The notes under the pieces are model-generated. The model did not search any database. It saw nothing but the letters and a program-made list of their open reading frames with translations, and was not told the origin of the DNA. The position numbers were made by a program, and so were the translations under genes. DNA of 32,000 nucleotides from Coprobacillaceae bacterium (lineage in GTDB: Bacteria > Bacillota_I > Bacilli_A > Erysipelotrichales > Coprobacillaceae): the NCBI GenBank assembly GCA_963675515.1, contig OY776328.1, forward strand, positions 990,001-1,022,000. Reading direction: 5' to 3'. This document shows, in pieces, positions 16,078 through 27,200 of this stretch (position 1 is its first letter; every line of letters starts with the position of its first letter).

Positions 16078-17157
16078 ATGAAAAAGAGAATAATATTTGT
16101 TTTAAGTTTGCTTGTAGGATTTTTAGGAATATTCGCGATTTATCTGACTGTCAACCAGAATCCCGACCAAGGGGAACCGACTGAAACGGCAACGGCCGGA
16201 GAGGCCGCGCAGCCAGAGCAGCAACAAGTTGAGGAAGAACCGGAGATTGTCAACACGACGCTGACCCTGTCGTTTGCCGGGGATGTGACCATGGGCAATT
16301 ATGCCGGAAGCTCTTATTCGGGAACGTTCGACGAGATGGCGGCCAGCCAAAGTGACGATTACTTCCTTAATAATGTAAAGGATGTGTTTGCCAAAGATGA
16401 CCTGACCATCGTCAACCTCGAAGGACCGCTCACCGACGCTTCGAGCCACCTTGACAAGAAGTTCGCCTTCAAGGGCGACCCAAGCTATGTCAATATTTTG
16501 AAACTTGGCAATGTCGATCTGGTTTCCTGTGCGAACAACCATTCCGAGGACTACTACCAGGAAGGCTTGGCCGACACGAAGGCGGCACTTGACGGGGCAG
16601 GTATCGGCTATTTTGGCTACGAAACCGCGGCCATCAGGGAAGTAAAGGGGATCAAGATCGGATTTCTAGGCTACCGGTCGCTTTCGCTTTCGATGAACAC
16701 GGCTGAAAAAAGGCCGATCATCCAGGCGGCCATCGATGATCTCAAGGAAAATCAGGGCTGCAACCTGGTTGTTGTCTACTACCACTGGGGCATCGAGAGC
16801 AGTTATGACTACAACTCCGACCAGCAGTCGCTGGCCCATTTCACGATCGATGCCGGGGCTGATCTTGTCATCGGGTCGCATCCCCATGTCTTGCAGGGCA
16901 CCGAGGTGTACAACGGCAAGCTGATCGCCTATTCGCTTGGCAACTTCTGCTTCGGTGGCAACAAGAACCCTTCCGACCAGGATTCGATGATTTACCAGGT
17001 GAAACTCGACTTTGAAAATGGTAGCCTTACCAATATGGCCGACACGATTATCCCATGCACGATCTCCTCGTCGACGAGCCGCAACAACTACCAGCCGACC
17101 CTGGCTACTGGGGCGAAAAAGGACGCAATCATCGCCAAAATAAAGGCCCATTCGTAG
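16078..17157 (+). CDS. CapA family protein (PGA_cap metallophosphatase-like), membrane anchored
   Basis: It has an N-terminal TM helix and then a low-complexity E/Q/P-rich linker. Motifs NLEGPLT, CANNHSEDY, YYHWGIE, GSHPHVLQG and SLGNFCFGG follow. An extended -10 TGATATAAT at 16049-16057 lies upstream. Confidence 0.85.
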   Translation: MKKRIIFVLSLLVGFLGIFAIYLTVNQNPDQGEPTETATAGEAAQPEQQQVEEEPEIVNTTLTLSFAGDVTMGNYAGSSYSGTFDEMAASQSDDYFLNNVKDVFAKDDLTIVNLEGPLTDASSHLDKKFAFKGDPSYVNILKLGNVDLVSCANNHSEDYYQEGLADTKAALDGAGIGYFGYETAAIREVKGIKIGFLGYRSLSLSMNTAEKRPIIQAAIDDLKENQGCNLVVVYYHWGIESSYDYNSDQQSLAHFTIDAGADLVIGSHPHVLQGTEVYNGKLIAYSLGNFCFGGNKNPSDQDSMIYQVKLDFENGSLTNMADTIIPCTISSSTSRNNYQPTLATGAKKDAIIAKIKAHS

Positions 17158-17180
17158 TCGAAAATTACCTAAAAAAATTG

Positions 17181-17209
17181 TTGGAAAAATAATACAACTG
17201 TGTTAATAT
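17181..17209 (+). promoter_or_regulatory. Promoter of the riboswitch-fhs-pur operon
   Basis: TTGGAA (17181-17186), a 17-nt spacer, and TAATAT (17204-17209) preceded by TG at 17201-17202 (extended -10). Confidence 0.55.
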
Positions 17210-17216
17210 GTCCTTA

Positions 17217-17283
17217 GTTATACGACTGACGGAAGTGGAATTGACCACATGAAGTATAATCTTGAGAGCCGACCGTCTGGGCA
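17217..17283 (+). promoter_or_regulatory. ZTP (ZMP/ZTP-sensing, pfl motif) riboswitch aptamer
   Basis: P1 pairs TTATAC (17218-17223) with GTATAA (17254-17259). The conserved junction is GACTGACGG (17224-17232). P2 is GTGG-aattga-CCAC (17235-17248). After a linker comes the 3' conserved block GCCGACCGTCTGGGCA (17268-17283). CCGTC can pair with GACGG of the 5' subdomain to form a pseudoknot. The genomic context (fhs, purH) is the classic one for this riboswitch. Confidence 0.8.
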
Positions 17284-17320
17284 CCTGCCTGGATTTGTCG
17301 AGCTCTTTTTTTGTTTTTTG
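17264..17320 (+). terminator. Intrinsic terminator (expression platform of the ZTP riboswitch)
   Basis: AGAGCCGAC (17265-17273) pairs with GTCG-a-GCTCT (17297-17306), giving 9 bp with one bulge, followed by TTTTTTTGTTTTTT. The 5' arm overlaps the aptamer P3/pseudoknot strand, so the two folds are mutually exclusive (ON switch). Confidence 0.75.
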
Positions 17321-17394
17321 ACTCATGATGTGACAAAATATTGAGTCTTGCTCGCAAAAATGGTATTCTAGTGGTAGGTGATTAAGAGGAAAGG

Positions 17395-19071
17395 ATGAAT
17401 GAAATGTTAAGCGATGTAGAGATTGCACAAAGCACAAAAATGGATCCGATCAAGGACATCGGAGCCACTGTAGGATTGGCCGAAGACGACCTGGAACTGT
17501 ATGGAAAATACAAGGCCAAGATTTCTTTGGAGGCGATTGAAAAACTTTCTGACAAGCCTGATGGCAAACTGGTACTGGTTACGGCGATCAACCCGACTCC
17601 AGCCGGTGAAGGGAAGACCACGACGATGATCGGTCTGGCCCAGGGATTGAACCAGATCGGGAAAAAGGCGATTGTCGCGATGCGCGAACCGTCACTTGGT
17701 CCATGTTTTGGAATCAAGGGTGGGGCTGCTGGAGGCGGTTATGCCCAGGTTGTCCCGATGGAAGACATCAACCTGCATTTTACCGGTGATATCCATGCGA
17801 TTTCAACGGCCAACAACCTGATCGCAGCGATGCTTGACAACTCGATCCATCAGGGGAACCCTTTGAATATCGATGTTAGACGCATTGTCTGGAAACGGGT
17901 GGTCGATCTCAACGACCGCGCCTTGCGCAATATTGTTATCGGTCTTGGCGGCGTGCTTCAAGGTGTGCCCCGTGAAGACGGATTCGACATTGCCGTAGCC
18001 AGCGAAGTCATGGCGGTATTGTGTCTGGCGACTTCGATGACCGATTTGAAAGAACGTCTGGGAAAAATGATTGTCGCTTACGATTTCAACAAGGAGCCCG
18101 TTACCGTGGCCGATTTGAAAGCTACCGGAGCGGTTACGCTTCTATTGAAGGATGCTTTCAAACCGAATCTGGTGCAGACTCTCGACCATTATCCGGTATT
18201 GGTTCATGGCGGTCCGTTTGCGAACATCGCCCATGGCTGCAACTCGATGATCGCAACCAAACTGGCATTAAAGCTTGGTGACATCGCGATCACCGAAGCG
18301 GGATTCGGTGCCGATCTGGGAGCGGAAAAATTCCTCGACATCAAATGCCGTCAGGGTGATCTCAAACCGGACATGGCGGTTGTCGTTGCGACGATCCGCG
18401 CATTGAAAATGCATGGAGGAGTGGCCAAGGGGGACCTGGCTGCTGAAGATCTTGAAGCGCTGCGGGGCGGATTCGCCAACCTGGAAAAACATCTCGAAAA
18501 CATGAACAAATTCGGATTGCCAGCAGTTGTTGCAATCAATGTCTTCCCTACCGATACCCAGGATGAAATCGACCTGCTTGAAGCGTTGTGCAAAAACATC
18601 AAAGTCGAGGTTTCCCTTTCAACCGTATTCGCAAACGGCGGAGCCGGGGCGATAGACCTTGCCAACAAGGTTGTTGCCACTTTGGAAAAACCAGGCAACT
18701 ACGCACCGATCTACCAGCTTGAGGACTCGATTGAAGACAAGCTGACAACGATTGCCAAGGAAGTGTACGGGGCCAGCGGAGTCATCCTGAGCTCGAAAGT
18801 CAAAACCAAAATCAGACAGTTCAACGCACAAGGTCTGAATGAACTGGCAATCTGCATGGCCAAGACCCAATACTCATTGAGTGACGATCCGACCAAACTG
18901 GGGCGTCCGGAAAATTTCGAAATCACGATTTCGGATCTGATCCCGGCTGCGGGAGCGGGATTTTTGGTAGCCATCTCCGGTTCGATCATGAGAATGCCAG
19001 GTTTGCCAAAAACACCGGCGGCAGTCAATATGGACATCGACGATGATGGCAAGATCACAGGACTGTTCTAA
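17395..19071 (+). CDS. fhs: Formate-tetrahydrofolate ligase
   Basis: 558 aa, with SDVEIAQ near the N-terminus and the P-loop region [11 protein letters not shown]. The start may instead be ATG 17404, which is better spaced from GAGGAAAGG. Confidence 0.95.
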   Translation: MNEMLSDVEIAQSTKMDPIKDIGATVGLAEDDLELYGKYKAKISLEAIEKLSDKPDGKLVLVTAINPTPAGEGKTTTMIGLAQGLNQIGKKAIVAMREPSLGPCFGIKGGAAGGGYAQVVPMEDINLHFTGDIHAISTANNLIAAMLDNSIHQGNPLNIDVRRIVWKRVVDLNDRALRNIVIGLGGVLQGVPREDGFDIAVASEVMAVLCLATSMTDLKERLGKMIVAYDFNKEPVTVADLKATGAVTLLLKDAFKPNLVQTLDHYPVLVHGGPFANIAHGCNSMIATKLALKLGDIAITEAGFGADLGAEKFLDIKCRQGDLKPDMAVVVATIRALKMHGGVAKGDLAAEDLEALRGGFANLEKHLENMNKFGLPAVVAINVFPTDTQDEIDLLEALCKNIKVEVSLSTVFANGGAGAIDLANKVVATLEKPGNYAPIYQLEDSIEDKLTTIAKEVYGASGVILSSKVKTKIRQFNAQGLNELAICMAKTQYSLSDDPTKLGRPENFEITISDLIPAAGAGFLVAISGSIMRMPGLPKTPAAVNMDIDDDGKITGLF

Positions 19072-19118
19072 AAAATAATAATCCAATAATAGACAAAGAC
19101 AAGGAAAAGGAAAAGAAT

Positions 19119-19826
19119 ATGGCAGAATTGTTATACGAAGGAAAAGCAAAACAAGTTTATTCAACAGACGATAAGGAAGTTTACCTGATTCACTTCAAAG
19201 ATGATGCGACTGCAGGAAACGGAGCGAAACATGACGTTTTCGCAAACAAGGGTGTGTTGAACAACACCATCTCGACAATCATCTACGGCATGCTTGAAGA
19301 AAACGGGATCAAGACCCACCTGATCTCAAAAGTCAATGACCGCGACATCCTGGTCAAGAAAGTGGATATCCTGCCATTGGAAGTCATCGTCCGCAACGTT
19401 CTGGCCGGATCAATCTGTGCTAGACTCGGTCTTGAAGAAGGACGCGTGCTTGAAGAGCCGATCTTCGAATTGTGCTGGAAAAACGACGAATACCATGATC
19501 CGATGATCAATGAAGACCATGCGGTATTGGCATTGAATGCGGCTACCCGTGAGGAAGTTGCTTACCTGAAAGACCAAACCCTTAAAATCAACGAATTGCT
19601 TAAGAAATTCTTCCTTGAAATCGGGCTCAAGCTGGTCGATTTCAAAATCGAATTCGGAAAAACAAGCGATGGTCAGATCATCCTGGCTGACGAAATCTCA
19701 CCTGACACTTGCCGTCTGTGGGATGTAAAAACCAATGCGAAGTTTGACAAGGATGTCTTCAGAAGAGACATGGGGAACTTGATTGACACATATAATGAAG
19801 TATTGAACAGATTGAATAGGAGATAA
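19119..19826 (+). CDS. purC: Phosphoribosylaminoimidazole-succinocarboxamide (SAICAR) synthase
   Basis: 235 aa, with LYEGKAKQVY at the N-terminus and ILADEISPDTCRLWD. It starts 47 nt after fhs with no terminator between. Confidence 0.95.
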   Translation: MAELLYEGKAKQVYSTDDKEVYLIHFKDDATAGNGAKHDVFANKGVLNNTISTIIYGMLEENGIKTHLISKVNDRDILVKKVDILPLEVIVRNVLAGSICARLGLEEGRVLEEPIFELCWKNDEYHDPMINEDHAVLALNAATREEVAYLKDQTLKINELLKKFFLEIGLKLVDFKIEFGKTSDGQIILADEISPDTCRLWDVKTNAKFDKDVFRRDMGNLIDTYNEVLNRLNRR

Positions 19827-19828
19827 CA

Positions 19829-20860
19829 ATGTCACAAAAATATCGTGAAGCCGGTGTGGATCTGGAAGCCGGATATGAATCAGTAAGATTGATCAAATCG
19901 CATGTAGCGCGTACTAAAATCCCAGGAGCGGTTGACTCGATCGGGGCTTTCGGAGGGATGTTCGACCTTAGCGTATTGAAAATGGAAGAACCGGTCCTGG
20001 TTTCGGGAACTGACGGAGTCGGAACGAAACTGATGGTTGCTTTCGACATGGACAAACATGACACAATCGGAATCGATGCGGTTGCGATGTGCGTCAATGA
20101 CGTACTGGTCCAAGGGGCGATGCCGATTTTCTTCCTTGACTACCTTGCAGTCGGGAAAAACGTTCCAACCAAGATCGAACAGCTGGTAAAAGGAGTATCT
20201 GACGGATGCGTCCTGTCACAGTGTGCCCTGATCGGTGGGGAAACTGCCGAAATGCCTGACATGTACAGCGAAAACCATTACGATATCGCCGGATTCTGTG
20301 TCGGTGCGGTTGACAAGAAAAACCTTCTTGACGGTTCGACTATCGCTGCCAACCAGGTCCTTGTCGGATTGCCTTCAAGCGGTTGCCATTCAAACGGCTA
20401 CTCACTGATCCGCAAGGTCCTGCTTAAAGACGGCGGACTTGATCTTAACGAATACCATGAAGAATTCGGAAAAACTTTGGGTGAAGAATTGCTTACTCCT
20501 ACCAAAATCTATGTCAAAGCGATCAAACACTTGTTGACAAACGGAATCAAGATCAAGGGGATGAGCCACATCACCGGTGGTGGTTTCTATGAAAACCTTC
20601 CAAGAATGCTTAAAGATGACCTGGGTGTGGAGATCGATGTCAACACATTCCCTACTCCTAAGATCTTCGATTTGATCTCGAAAGTAGGAAATATCGACAA
20701 CAAGGAAATGTACAATGTCTTCAACATGGGGATGGGATTTGTCATGGCTGTCGAAAGCGAAGATGTTGAAAAAGTATTGGAAATGCTTGAATCAATCGAT
20801 GAAAAAGCCTATGTTATCGGTAAAGTCACCGATGTTCCAGGAGTAGCTCTTAAATGGTAA
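19829..20860 (+). CDS. purM: Phosphoribosylformylglycinamidine cyclo-ligase (AIR synthase)
   Basis: 343 aa, with YREAGVDLEAGY, VSGTDGVGTKL and HITGGGFYENLPR. It starts 2 nt after the purC stop. Confidence 0.95.
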   Translation: MSQKYREAGVDLEAGYESVRLIKSHVARTKIPGAVDSIGAFGGMFDLSVLKMEEPVLVSGTDGVGTKLMVAFDMDKHDTIGIDAVAMCVNDVLVQGAMPIFFLDYLAVGKNVPTKIEQLVKGVSDGCVLSQCALIGGETAEMPDMYSENHYDIAGFCVGAVDKKNLLDGSTIAANQVLVGLPSSGCHSNGYSLIRKVLLKDGGLDLNEYHEEFGKTLGEELLTPTKIYVKAIKHLLTNGIKIKGMSHITGGGFYENLPRMLKDDLGVEIDVNTFPTPKIFDLISKVGNIDNKEMYNVFNMGMGFVMAVESEDVEKVLEMLESIDEKAYVIGKVTDVPGVALKW

Positions 20861-21447
20861 ACATCGCGGTGCTTGTCAGCGGTTCGGGGAGCAATCTCCA
20901 ATCGCTGATCGATCATCAAAAACATCATGATTTCGATGGGGAAATCAAGCTGGTCATCGCCAACAAGAAAAGCGCTTATGGTCTGGTTAGGGCAAGTGAA
21001 AACAATATCGACAATTACTATGTCCGCAATGATGACCATCGCTTGTTGGAATTGTTGAAAGAATACAAGATCGACCTGGTTGTCCTGGCCGGTTATCTTG
21101 CAGTGATTTCCGATGAGGTATTGGAAGAGTATGAAAACAAGATGATCAACGTCCATCCCTCATTGATTCCCTCATTTTGCGGTCCGGGCTTCTACGGTCA
21201 TCATGTCCATGATGCGGCATATGCCCGTGGGGTCCATTATTCAGGGGCTACGGTCCATTTCGTTTCAAAAGTCGTTGATGGCGGACCAATCATTCTTCAG
21301 GAAGTTGTCAGCGTCAAGGATGTCAAGAATGCCGATGAGATCGGGGAGCGGGTATTGAAAGTCGAACACGCGATTCTCCCTAAGGCAGTTGAATTGTATT
21401 GTGATAATAAATTGGAAGTCAAAGAAGGAAGGGTAATAATCAAATGA
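20854..21447 (+). CDS. purN: Phosphoribosylglycinamide formyltransferase (10-formyl-THF dependent)
   Basis: 197 aa, with IAVLVSGSGSNLQSLI, NVHPSLIPSFCG and GATVHFV. It overlaps the purM stop by 7 nt. Confidence 0.93.
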   Translation: MVNIAVLVSGSGSNLQSLIDHQKHHDFDGEIKLVIANKKSAYGLVRASENNIDNYYVRNDDHRLLELLKEYKIDLVVLAGYLAVISDEVLEEYENKMINVHPSLIPSFCGPGFYGHHVHDAAYARGVHYSGATVHFVSKVVDGGPIILQEVVSVKDVKNADEIGERVLKVEHAILPKAVELYCDNKLEVKEGRVIIK

Positions 21448-22970
21448 AAAAACGCGCATTAGTCAGTGTAACCGACAAAACAGGTGTAGTCGAATTTTGC
21501 CAGGAACTGGTGAATCTGGATTTCGAGATTGTTTCGACTGGCGGAACAATGACCAAATTGAAAGAAGCGAACATTCCTTGTATCGCCATCGATGACGTGA
21601 CCGGGTTCCCGGAAATCCTTGATGGTCGGGTAAAAACGCTCCACCCCAATGTCCATGGAGGATTGCTGTACCGTCGCGATCTTCAAGAACACGTGGACAT
21701 TGTCGCTAAGATGAATATCGCGCCAATCGATTTGGTTTGCGTCAACCTTTACGAATTCGAAAAAGCTTTGAAAAACAACGCTCCAATCGAGCATATGATT
21801 GAAAACATCGACATCGGTGGTCCTTCGATGATCCGTTCGGCTGCCAAGAACTACCAGGATGTCCTGGTTGTCACTGACACAAGGGATTATCCTGCTGTGA
21901 TCGAAAAGCTGAAAACCGGAACAGTCGATCTTGCTTACCGTCAAGTTTTAGCTGGAAAAGCTTTCTCTTTGACCGGTTCATACGATGCCGTGATTTCCCG
22001 TTATTTCAACAAGATCAACAATGATGAAATGCCTGAAATTCTCAATATCGCCTTGAAAAAAGACGAAGAGCTGCGTTATGGGGAAAACTCGCATCAACGC
22101 GCCAACCGTTACCATGACACATTCGTGCAAAACTCATTGCTTGACTATGAACAGCTTCATGGCAAAGAAATATCATTCAACAATGTCAACGACCTTTACG
22201 GTGGGGTTGCACTGGTCCGCGAATTCAAGGATGAAATCGTCACTGTTGCCATCAAGCATTCGACTCCTTGTGGAGTTGCCGTTGGAACAACCGGTTTCGA
22301 TTCATATATGAAAGCCTATGAAGCCGATCCGACTTCGATCTTCGGGGGAATCGTGGCGGTAAACTACAAAGTGGACGTCGCTACGGCCCAAAAGATGAAC
22401 GAGATCTTCCTGGAAATCGTGGCTGCGCCTGACTATGACGAAGATGCTCTGGAAGTGTTGAAGAAAAAGAAAAACCTGCGCATCCTCAAATTGAAAGATG
22501 TATACTGCCGTGAAGCTCTTTACGACATCAAATATCTTGAAGGTCAAGTACTTGTCCAAGACTTGAACAAAAAGATGATCGAGGAACTCAAAACTGTTAC
22601 CAAAGTCGCGCCAACTGCTCAACAGATCGCGGATATGGAATTCGGAATGAAAGTTGTCAAATACGTGAAATCGAACGCCATCTGCATCGTGAAAAACGGG
22701 GTTACCCTGGCTATCGGTGGCGGACAGACTTCACGGATCTGGGCGTTGCAAAATGCGATCATCAACAACTCAGATAAAGACCTTAGCGATTCAATTCTTG
22801 CTTCGGATGCCTTCTTCCCATTCGCGGATTCGGTTGACGTGGCTTACAAGGCTGGTGTGCGCGCAATCGTGCAACCAGGAGGATCGATCAAGGATCAGGA
22901 TACAATTGATTACTGTGATGAAGTGAAAATTCCAATGTGCTTTACTGGAATCCGTCATTTCAGACACTAG
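21444..22970 (+). CDS. purH: Bifunctional AICAR transformylase / IMP cyclohydrolase
   Basis: 508 aa, with KRALVSVTDKTGVVEF (MGS-like domain), GRVKTLHPNVHGGLL and the C-terminal end FTGIRHFRH. Its ATGA start overlaps the purN stop. Confidence 0.95.
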   Translation: MKKRALVSVTDKTGVVEFCQELVNLDFEIVSTGGTMTKLKEANIPCIAIDDVTGFPEILDGRVKTLHPNVHGGLLYRRDLQEHVDIVAKMNIAPIDLVCVNLYEFEKALKNNAPIEHMIENIDIGGPSMIRSAAKNYQDVLVVTDTRDYPAVIEKLKTGTVDLAYRQVLAGKAFSLTGSYDAVISRYFNKINNDEMPEILNIALKKDEELRYGENSHQRANRYHDTFVQNSLLDYEQLHGKEISFNNVNDLYGGVALVREFKDEIVTVAIKHSTPCGVAVGTTGFDSYMKAYEADPTSIFGGIVAVNYKVDVATAQKMNEIFLEIVAAPDYDEDALEVLKKKKNLRILKLKDVYCREALYDIKYLEGQVLVQDLNKKMIEELKTVTKVAPTAQQIADMEFGMKVVKYVKSNAICIVKNGVTLAIGGGQTSRIWALQNAIINNSDKDLSDSILASDAFFPFADSVDVAYKAGVRAIVQPGGSIKDQDTIDYCDEVKIPMCFTGIRHFRH

Positions 22971-22978
22971 GAGGCAAA

Positions 22979-24226
22979 ATGAAAGTACTAGTAGTTGGAA
23001 GCGGTGGCCGCGAACACGCCATCTGTTATAAATTGAATCAATCGGCTGATGTTGAAAAAATATATGCGATCCCGGGTAATCCGGGGATCGCGCAGCTTGC
23101 AACCTGTGTCGAAGGCAGCGTCGAAGATATCGAAGCGATTGTTGCCTTTGTCAAGGAAAACGCGATCGACCTGACTGTCGTGGGACCTGAAGTGCCACTT
23201 TGCCTGGGTCTGGTTGATGCGATCGAAGATGCCGGTTACCTGGCATTCGGTCCTAAAAAAGCGGCAGCAGCCCTCGAAGGATCAAAAGCCTTCTCCAAAG
23301 ATTTCATGGTGCGCCATGGAATCAAGACAGCCAAATATGTGGAAGTCGACACAATCGAAGAGGCTAAAAAAGCCTTGGCGGATTTCTCTTATCCGGTGGT
23401 AATCAAGGCCGACGGCCTGGCTGCTGGAAAAGGTGTTATCATCTGCGACGATGAAATAATGGCAAATGAGGCCCTTGAGGATCTTATGGTCACCAAGACC
23501 TTGGCGGATGCCGGGGACAAGGTTGTCATCGAAGAGTTCCTTAAAGGGTTTGAATGTTCATTGCTGTGTTTTGTCGACAACGACACGATCCTGCCGATGG
23601 TCTCAGTCAAAGACCACAAGCAGATCGGTGAAGGGAATACCGGTCTTAATACCGGAGGGATGGGAACTGTCAGTCCAAATCCATTTTTGCCTTTGGACAT
23701 CGAAGCCCGCTTTGAACAGGAAATTCTCGACAAATTCATGGCCGGTATCAAAGCCGACAACCTGGATTACCGCGGAATCGTCTTTATCGGTCTGATGATC
23801 GACGGGGAAGAAATCAGCGTGCTGGAATTCAATGTCCGTTTCGGTGATCCTGAAACCCAATCGATCCTGTTGCGTCTTGAATCCGACCTCGCTTTGGTGA
23901 TGAAAGCCTGTGCGACCAACACCCTTGCAACTCAAAAGCTGGAGTGGTCTGACAAGACTGCAGTAACCCTGGTTCTTTCAGCGCCAGGATACCCAGGAAA
24001 CTATCCTAAGGGATCTAAGATTTCCAATCTTGACAAGGCAGAATGCGTCGTGTTCCACGCCGGAACGAAAGAAGTCAACGGTGACATTGTGACCAATGGA
24101 GGCCGGGTTTTGAATATCTGTGCTTTGGGTGACGATCTTGACGATGCCCGGGCTAAAGTCTACAAAGATGCTCAGGTGATTCATTTTGATGGTATGTACT
24201 ATCGCAAAGATATTGGCTTAATTTAG
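22979..24226 (+). CDS. purD: Phosphoribosylamine-glycine ligase (GAR synthetase)
   Basis: I moved the start to ATG 22979 (MKVLVVGSGGREHAI), with a TAGGAGG RBS overlapping the purH stop. It has an ATP-grasp body. Product is 415 aa. Confidence 0.95.
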   Translation: MKVLVVGSGGREHAICYKLNQSADVEKIYAIPGNPGIAQLATCVEGSVEDIEAIVAFVKENAIDLTVVGPEVPLCLGLVDAIEDAGYLAFGPKKAAAALEGSKAFSKDFMVRHGIKTAKYVEVDTIEEAKKALADFSYPVVIKADGLAAGKGVIICDDEIMANEALEDLMVTKTLADAGDKVVIEEFLKGFECSLLCFVDNDTILPMVSVKDHKQIGEGNTGLNTGGMGTVSPNPFLPLDIEARFEQEILDKFMAGIKADNLDYRGIVFIGLMIDGEEISVLEFNVRFGDPETQSILLRLESDLALVMKACATNTLATQKLEWSDKTAVTLVLSAPGYPGNYPKGSKISNLDKAECVVFHAGTKEVNGDIVTNGGRVLNICALGDDLDDARAKVYKDAQVIHFDGMYYRKDIGLI

Positions 24227-24235
24227 GAGGGTAAT

Positions 24236-27200
24236 ATGAGCGTCAATCGAATTTATGTTGAGAAAAAACCAGGTTTTCGATCTCAGGCCAACAGCCTGAA
24301 AGAAGACCTGAACGAACAGTTAAAATTAAATATAAAAGATCTTCGAATCGTCAATTGCTATGACGTTACAGGAGTCGATGAAGCCGTGTTGCAAGAAGGA
24401 TTGAAAACAATCCTTTCGGAACCGATGGTTGATGACACATATCAGGAAACATTCCCGATCAAAGCCAATGAGCTTGTTTTCGGTGTTGAACCGCTGCCAG
24501 GTCAATATGACCAGCGTGCCGATTCATGCAAACAGTGTTTCCAGATCCTGACCGGAGAAGACAAGGTCAATGTCAAAACAGCAATCTTCTACTGTGTCGA
24601 ACTGGAAACTCCAACTGATGATGCATTGGAAAGCATGAAAAAATACATCATCAATCCGGTTGATTCACGGGAATGCACGACTGAAAAACCGGCTACTTTG
24701 GAAATGGAAGAGGTAGTGGTTGAGGATGTTCCGGTTTTCACCGGATTCAATGAATTGGATGACGCCGGATTACAAACCTTCCTTGAAGATTATTCTTTGG
24801 CCATGTCTCTGGATGATCTGAAAGTTACCCAGACTTATTTCAAGAGCGAAGAAAAACGCGATCCGACTGAAACCGAAATCCGCGTGCTGGATACTTACTG
24901 GTCTGACCACTGCCGTCATACGACGTTCGCGACAGTCATCGAAAACGTCGAGTTCGAAGACGGTCAGATGAAGGACGTCTATGAAAAAGACTATCAGGAT
25001 TACCTGGGCAGCCGCCATCTGGTATATGGAATCGACACCAAACGGCCGATCACGATGATGGACCTGGCGACAATTTCAATGAAGGAATTGCGCAAAGCCG
25101 GATATCTTGATGACCTTGAAGTTTCCGAGGAAATCAATGCCTGCTCGGTTGAAGTCGACATCAATGTCGATGGTCAGAGCGAACGATGGCTGCTGATGTT
25201 CAAGAATGAAACCCACAACCATCCTACCGAAATCGAACCTTTCGGGGGAGCGGCAACATGTCTTGGGGGAGCAATCCGCGATCCGCTTTCAGGACGTGCC
25301 TATGTCTACCAATCAATGCGCATCACCGGGGCCAGTGATCCCCGTGTCAGCCTTGAGGAAACAATTCCCGGGAAACTGATGCAACGCAAGATCTGCCAGG
25401 AAGCGGCTCACGGTTTCTCATCTTATGGTAACCAGATCGGTCTGGCAACCGGATATGTCCATGAACTTTACCACCCTGGTTATCAGGCAAAACGGATGGA
25501 GCTTGGTGCAGTAGTGGCAGCCGCTCCAAAAGAACAGGTTAAACGTCTGATTCCCCAAAAAGACCAGATCGTCCTGCTTTTAGGTGGGCGTACCGGTCGT
25601 GACGGGATCGGTGGAGCTACCGGTTCTTCGAAATCACACGATGTGAAATCGATCGAGACAGCGGGAGCCGAAGTCCAAAAAGGGAATCCCGTTGAGGAAA
25701 GAAAGATCCAGCGACTTTTCAGAAACATGGAATTCTCAAAACGCATCGTGCGCTGCAACGACTTCGGTGCCGGTGGTGTCTGCGTGGCTGTAGGCGAACT
25801 CGCTGACGGTCTTGATATCAACCTCGATGCCGTTTTGAAGAAATATGAAGGCTTGAACGGTACGGAAATCGCGATTTCCGAATCGCAAGAGCGGATGGCT
25901 ATCGTCATCAACAAGGAAGATGAGGCTTTCTGCCGTCAGGCGTGTGCCGATGAAAACCTTGAAGTTGTCCAAGTGGCGACAATCACTGACAAGAACCGTC
26001 TGACCATGGTGTACCGCTCACAGACAATCGTCGATATCTCTAGGGAATTCCTTGACGGTTCTGGAGCGAGTCGCTACCAGGAAGTCACCCTGACTTCTCC
26101 CGATTTCACAAATCTTCCATTCAGTGAAGGGGAAACCGAAGACTTCGAAAAATCGGTTGAGGAAGTCCTGACCCGTCTTTCTACCGCTTCCCAAAAAGGT
26201 CTGATCGAACGTTTCGACTCGACTATCGGGAACAATACCGTGCTTTCACCTTTCGGGGGCCGCAAATACCACAGCGAAACCGAGGGGATGGCAGCCCTGA
26301 TCCCGGTATTGAACAAGGAAACTACAAGCGCATCATTGATGACTTACGGTTATAATCCTTATATCGCTTCCTGGTCACCTTACCATGGTGCGATGTATGC
26401 CGTGGTTGAATCGGTGGCTAAGATTGTGGCTATGGGGGGCGACTATCATAAAATCCGCTTCTCATTCCAGGAATACTTCGAAAAACTGCTTGACGACAAA
26501 GTGAAATGGGGTAAACCATTCAGTGCCCTGCTTGGTGCTTACCGGGCCCAGAAGGAACTCAACCTTGCGGCAATCGGAGGAAAGGACAGCATGTCCGGTA
26601 CCTTCGAGGACATTTCAGTGCCACCGACATTCGTATCATTTGCGGTAGCCCTTGAAGATGTCGACAACATCATCACGCCGGAAATCGACGATTATGGAAG
26701 CCAGCTGGCGGAAATCATCGTGCCTCGTGATGAAAACCATATCTTCGACTTCGATGTGCTCAAAGACACATATGACAAGCTGACTGCCCTGATCCGTGAA
26801 GGAAGAATCCTTGCGGCATACACTGTCAAAGACGGTGGGGTTCTTGAAGCAGTTGCCAAGATGGCATTCGGTAACGGCATCGGGGTTGCCTTCAATCCTG
26901 ACTACGAATTGTCTTCATACCTGAACAAGGATTATGGAAACATCGTGGTGGAAATCGAATCCGAAAGCGATCTGAAACATATCGCCAACTACCGGATCGT
27001 GGCCACTACCATCAATTCATCTGTGCTTTCATACAAGGGAGCCAAGGTTGATCTTGACCATGCCTATGCCTTGAACAAGTCGGTGCTTGAAAAAGTCTAT
27101 CCGACAAGAAAACCGGCCTTGACAAATGACATCAAGATTGCCAACTGCAAGACTCGTTCGACTATGAGCCCAAAAGCCAAAGTTGAAAAACCGCTGGTTG

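Noticed and set aside
17341-17369. A possible secondary promoter TTGAGT-17-TATTCT between the riboswitch terminator and fhs, which would give riboswitch-independent expression. A GACTCA/TGAGTC hairpin lies nearby at 17320-17347.
   Set aside because: Both hexamers match only moderately and there is no extended -10. It cannot be separated from chance without start-site data.
19072-19118. I looked for a purine (guanine/adenine) riboswitch or PurR box in front of purC, and for internal terminators within the pur cluster.
   Set aside because: The fhs-purC gap is only 47 nt of A-rich sequence with an RBS. There is no room for an aptamer, and I saw no hairpin plus T-run.
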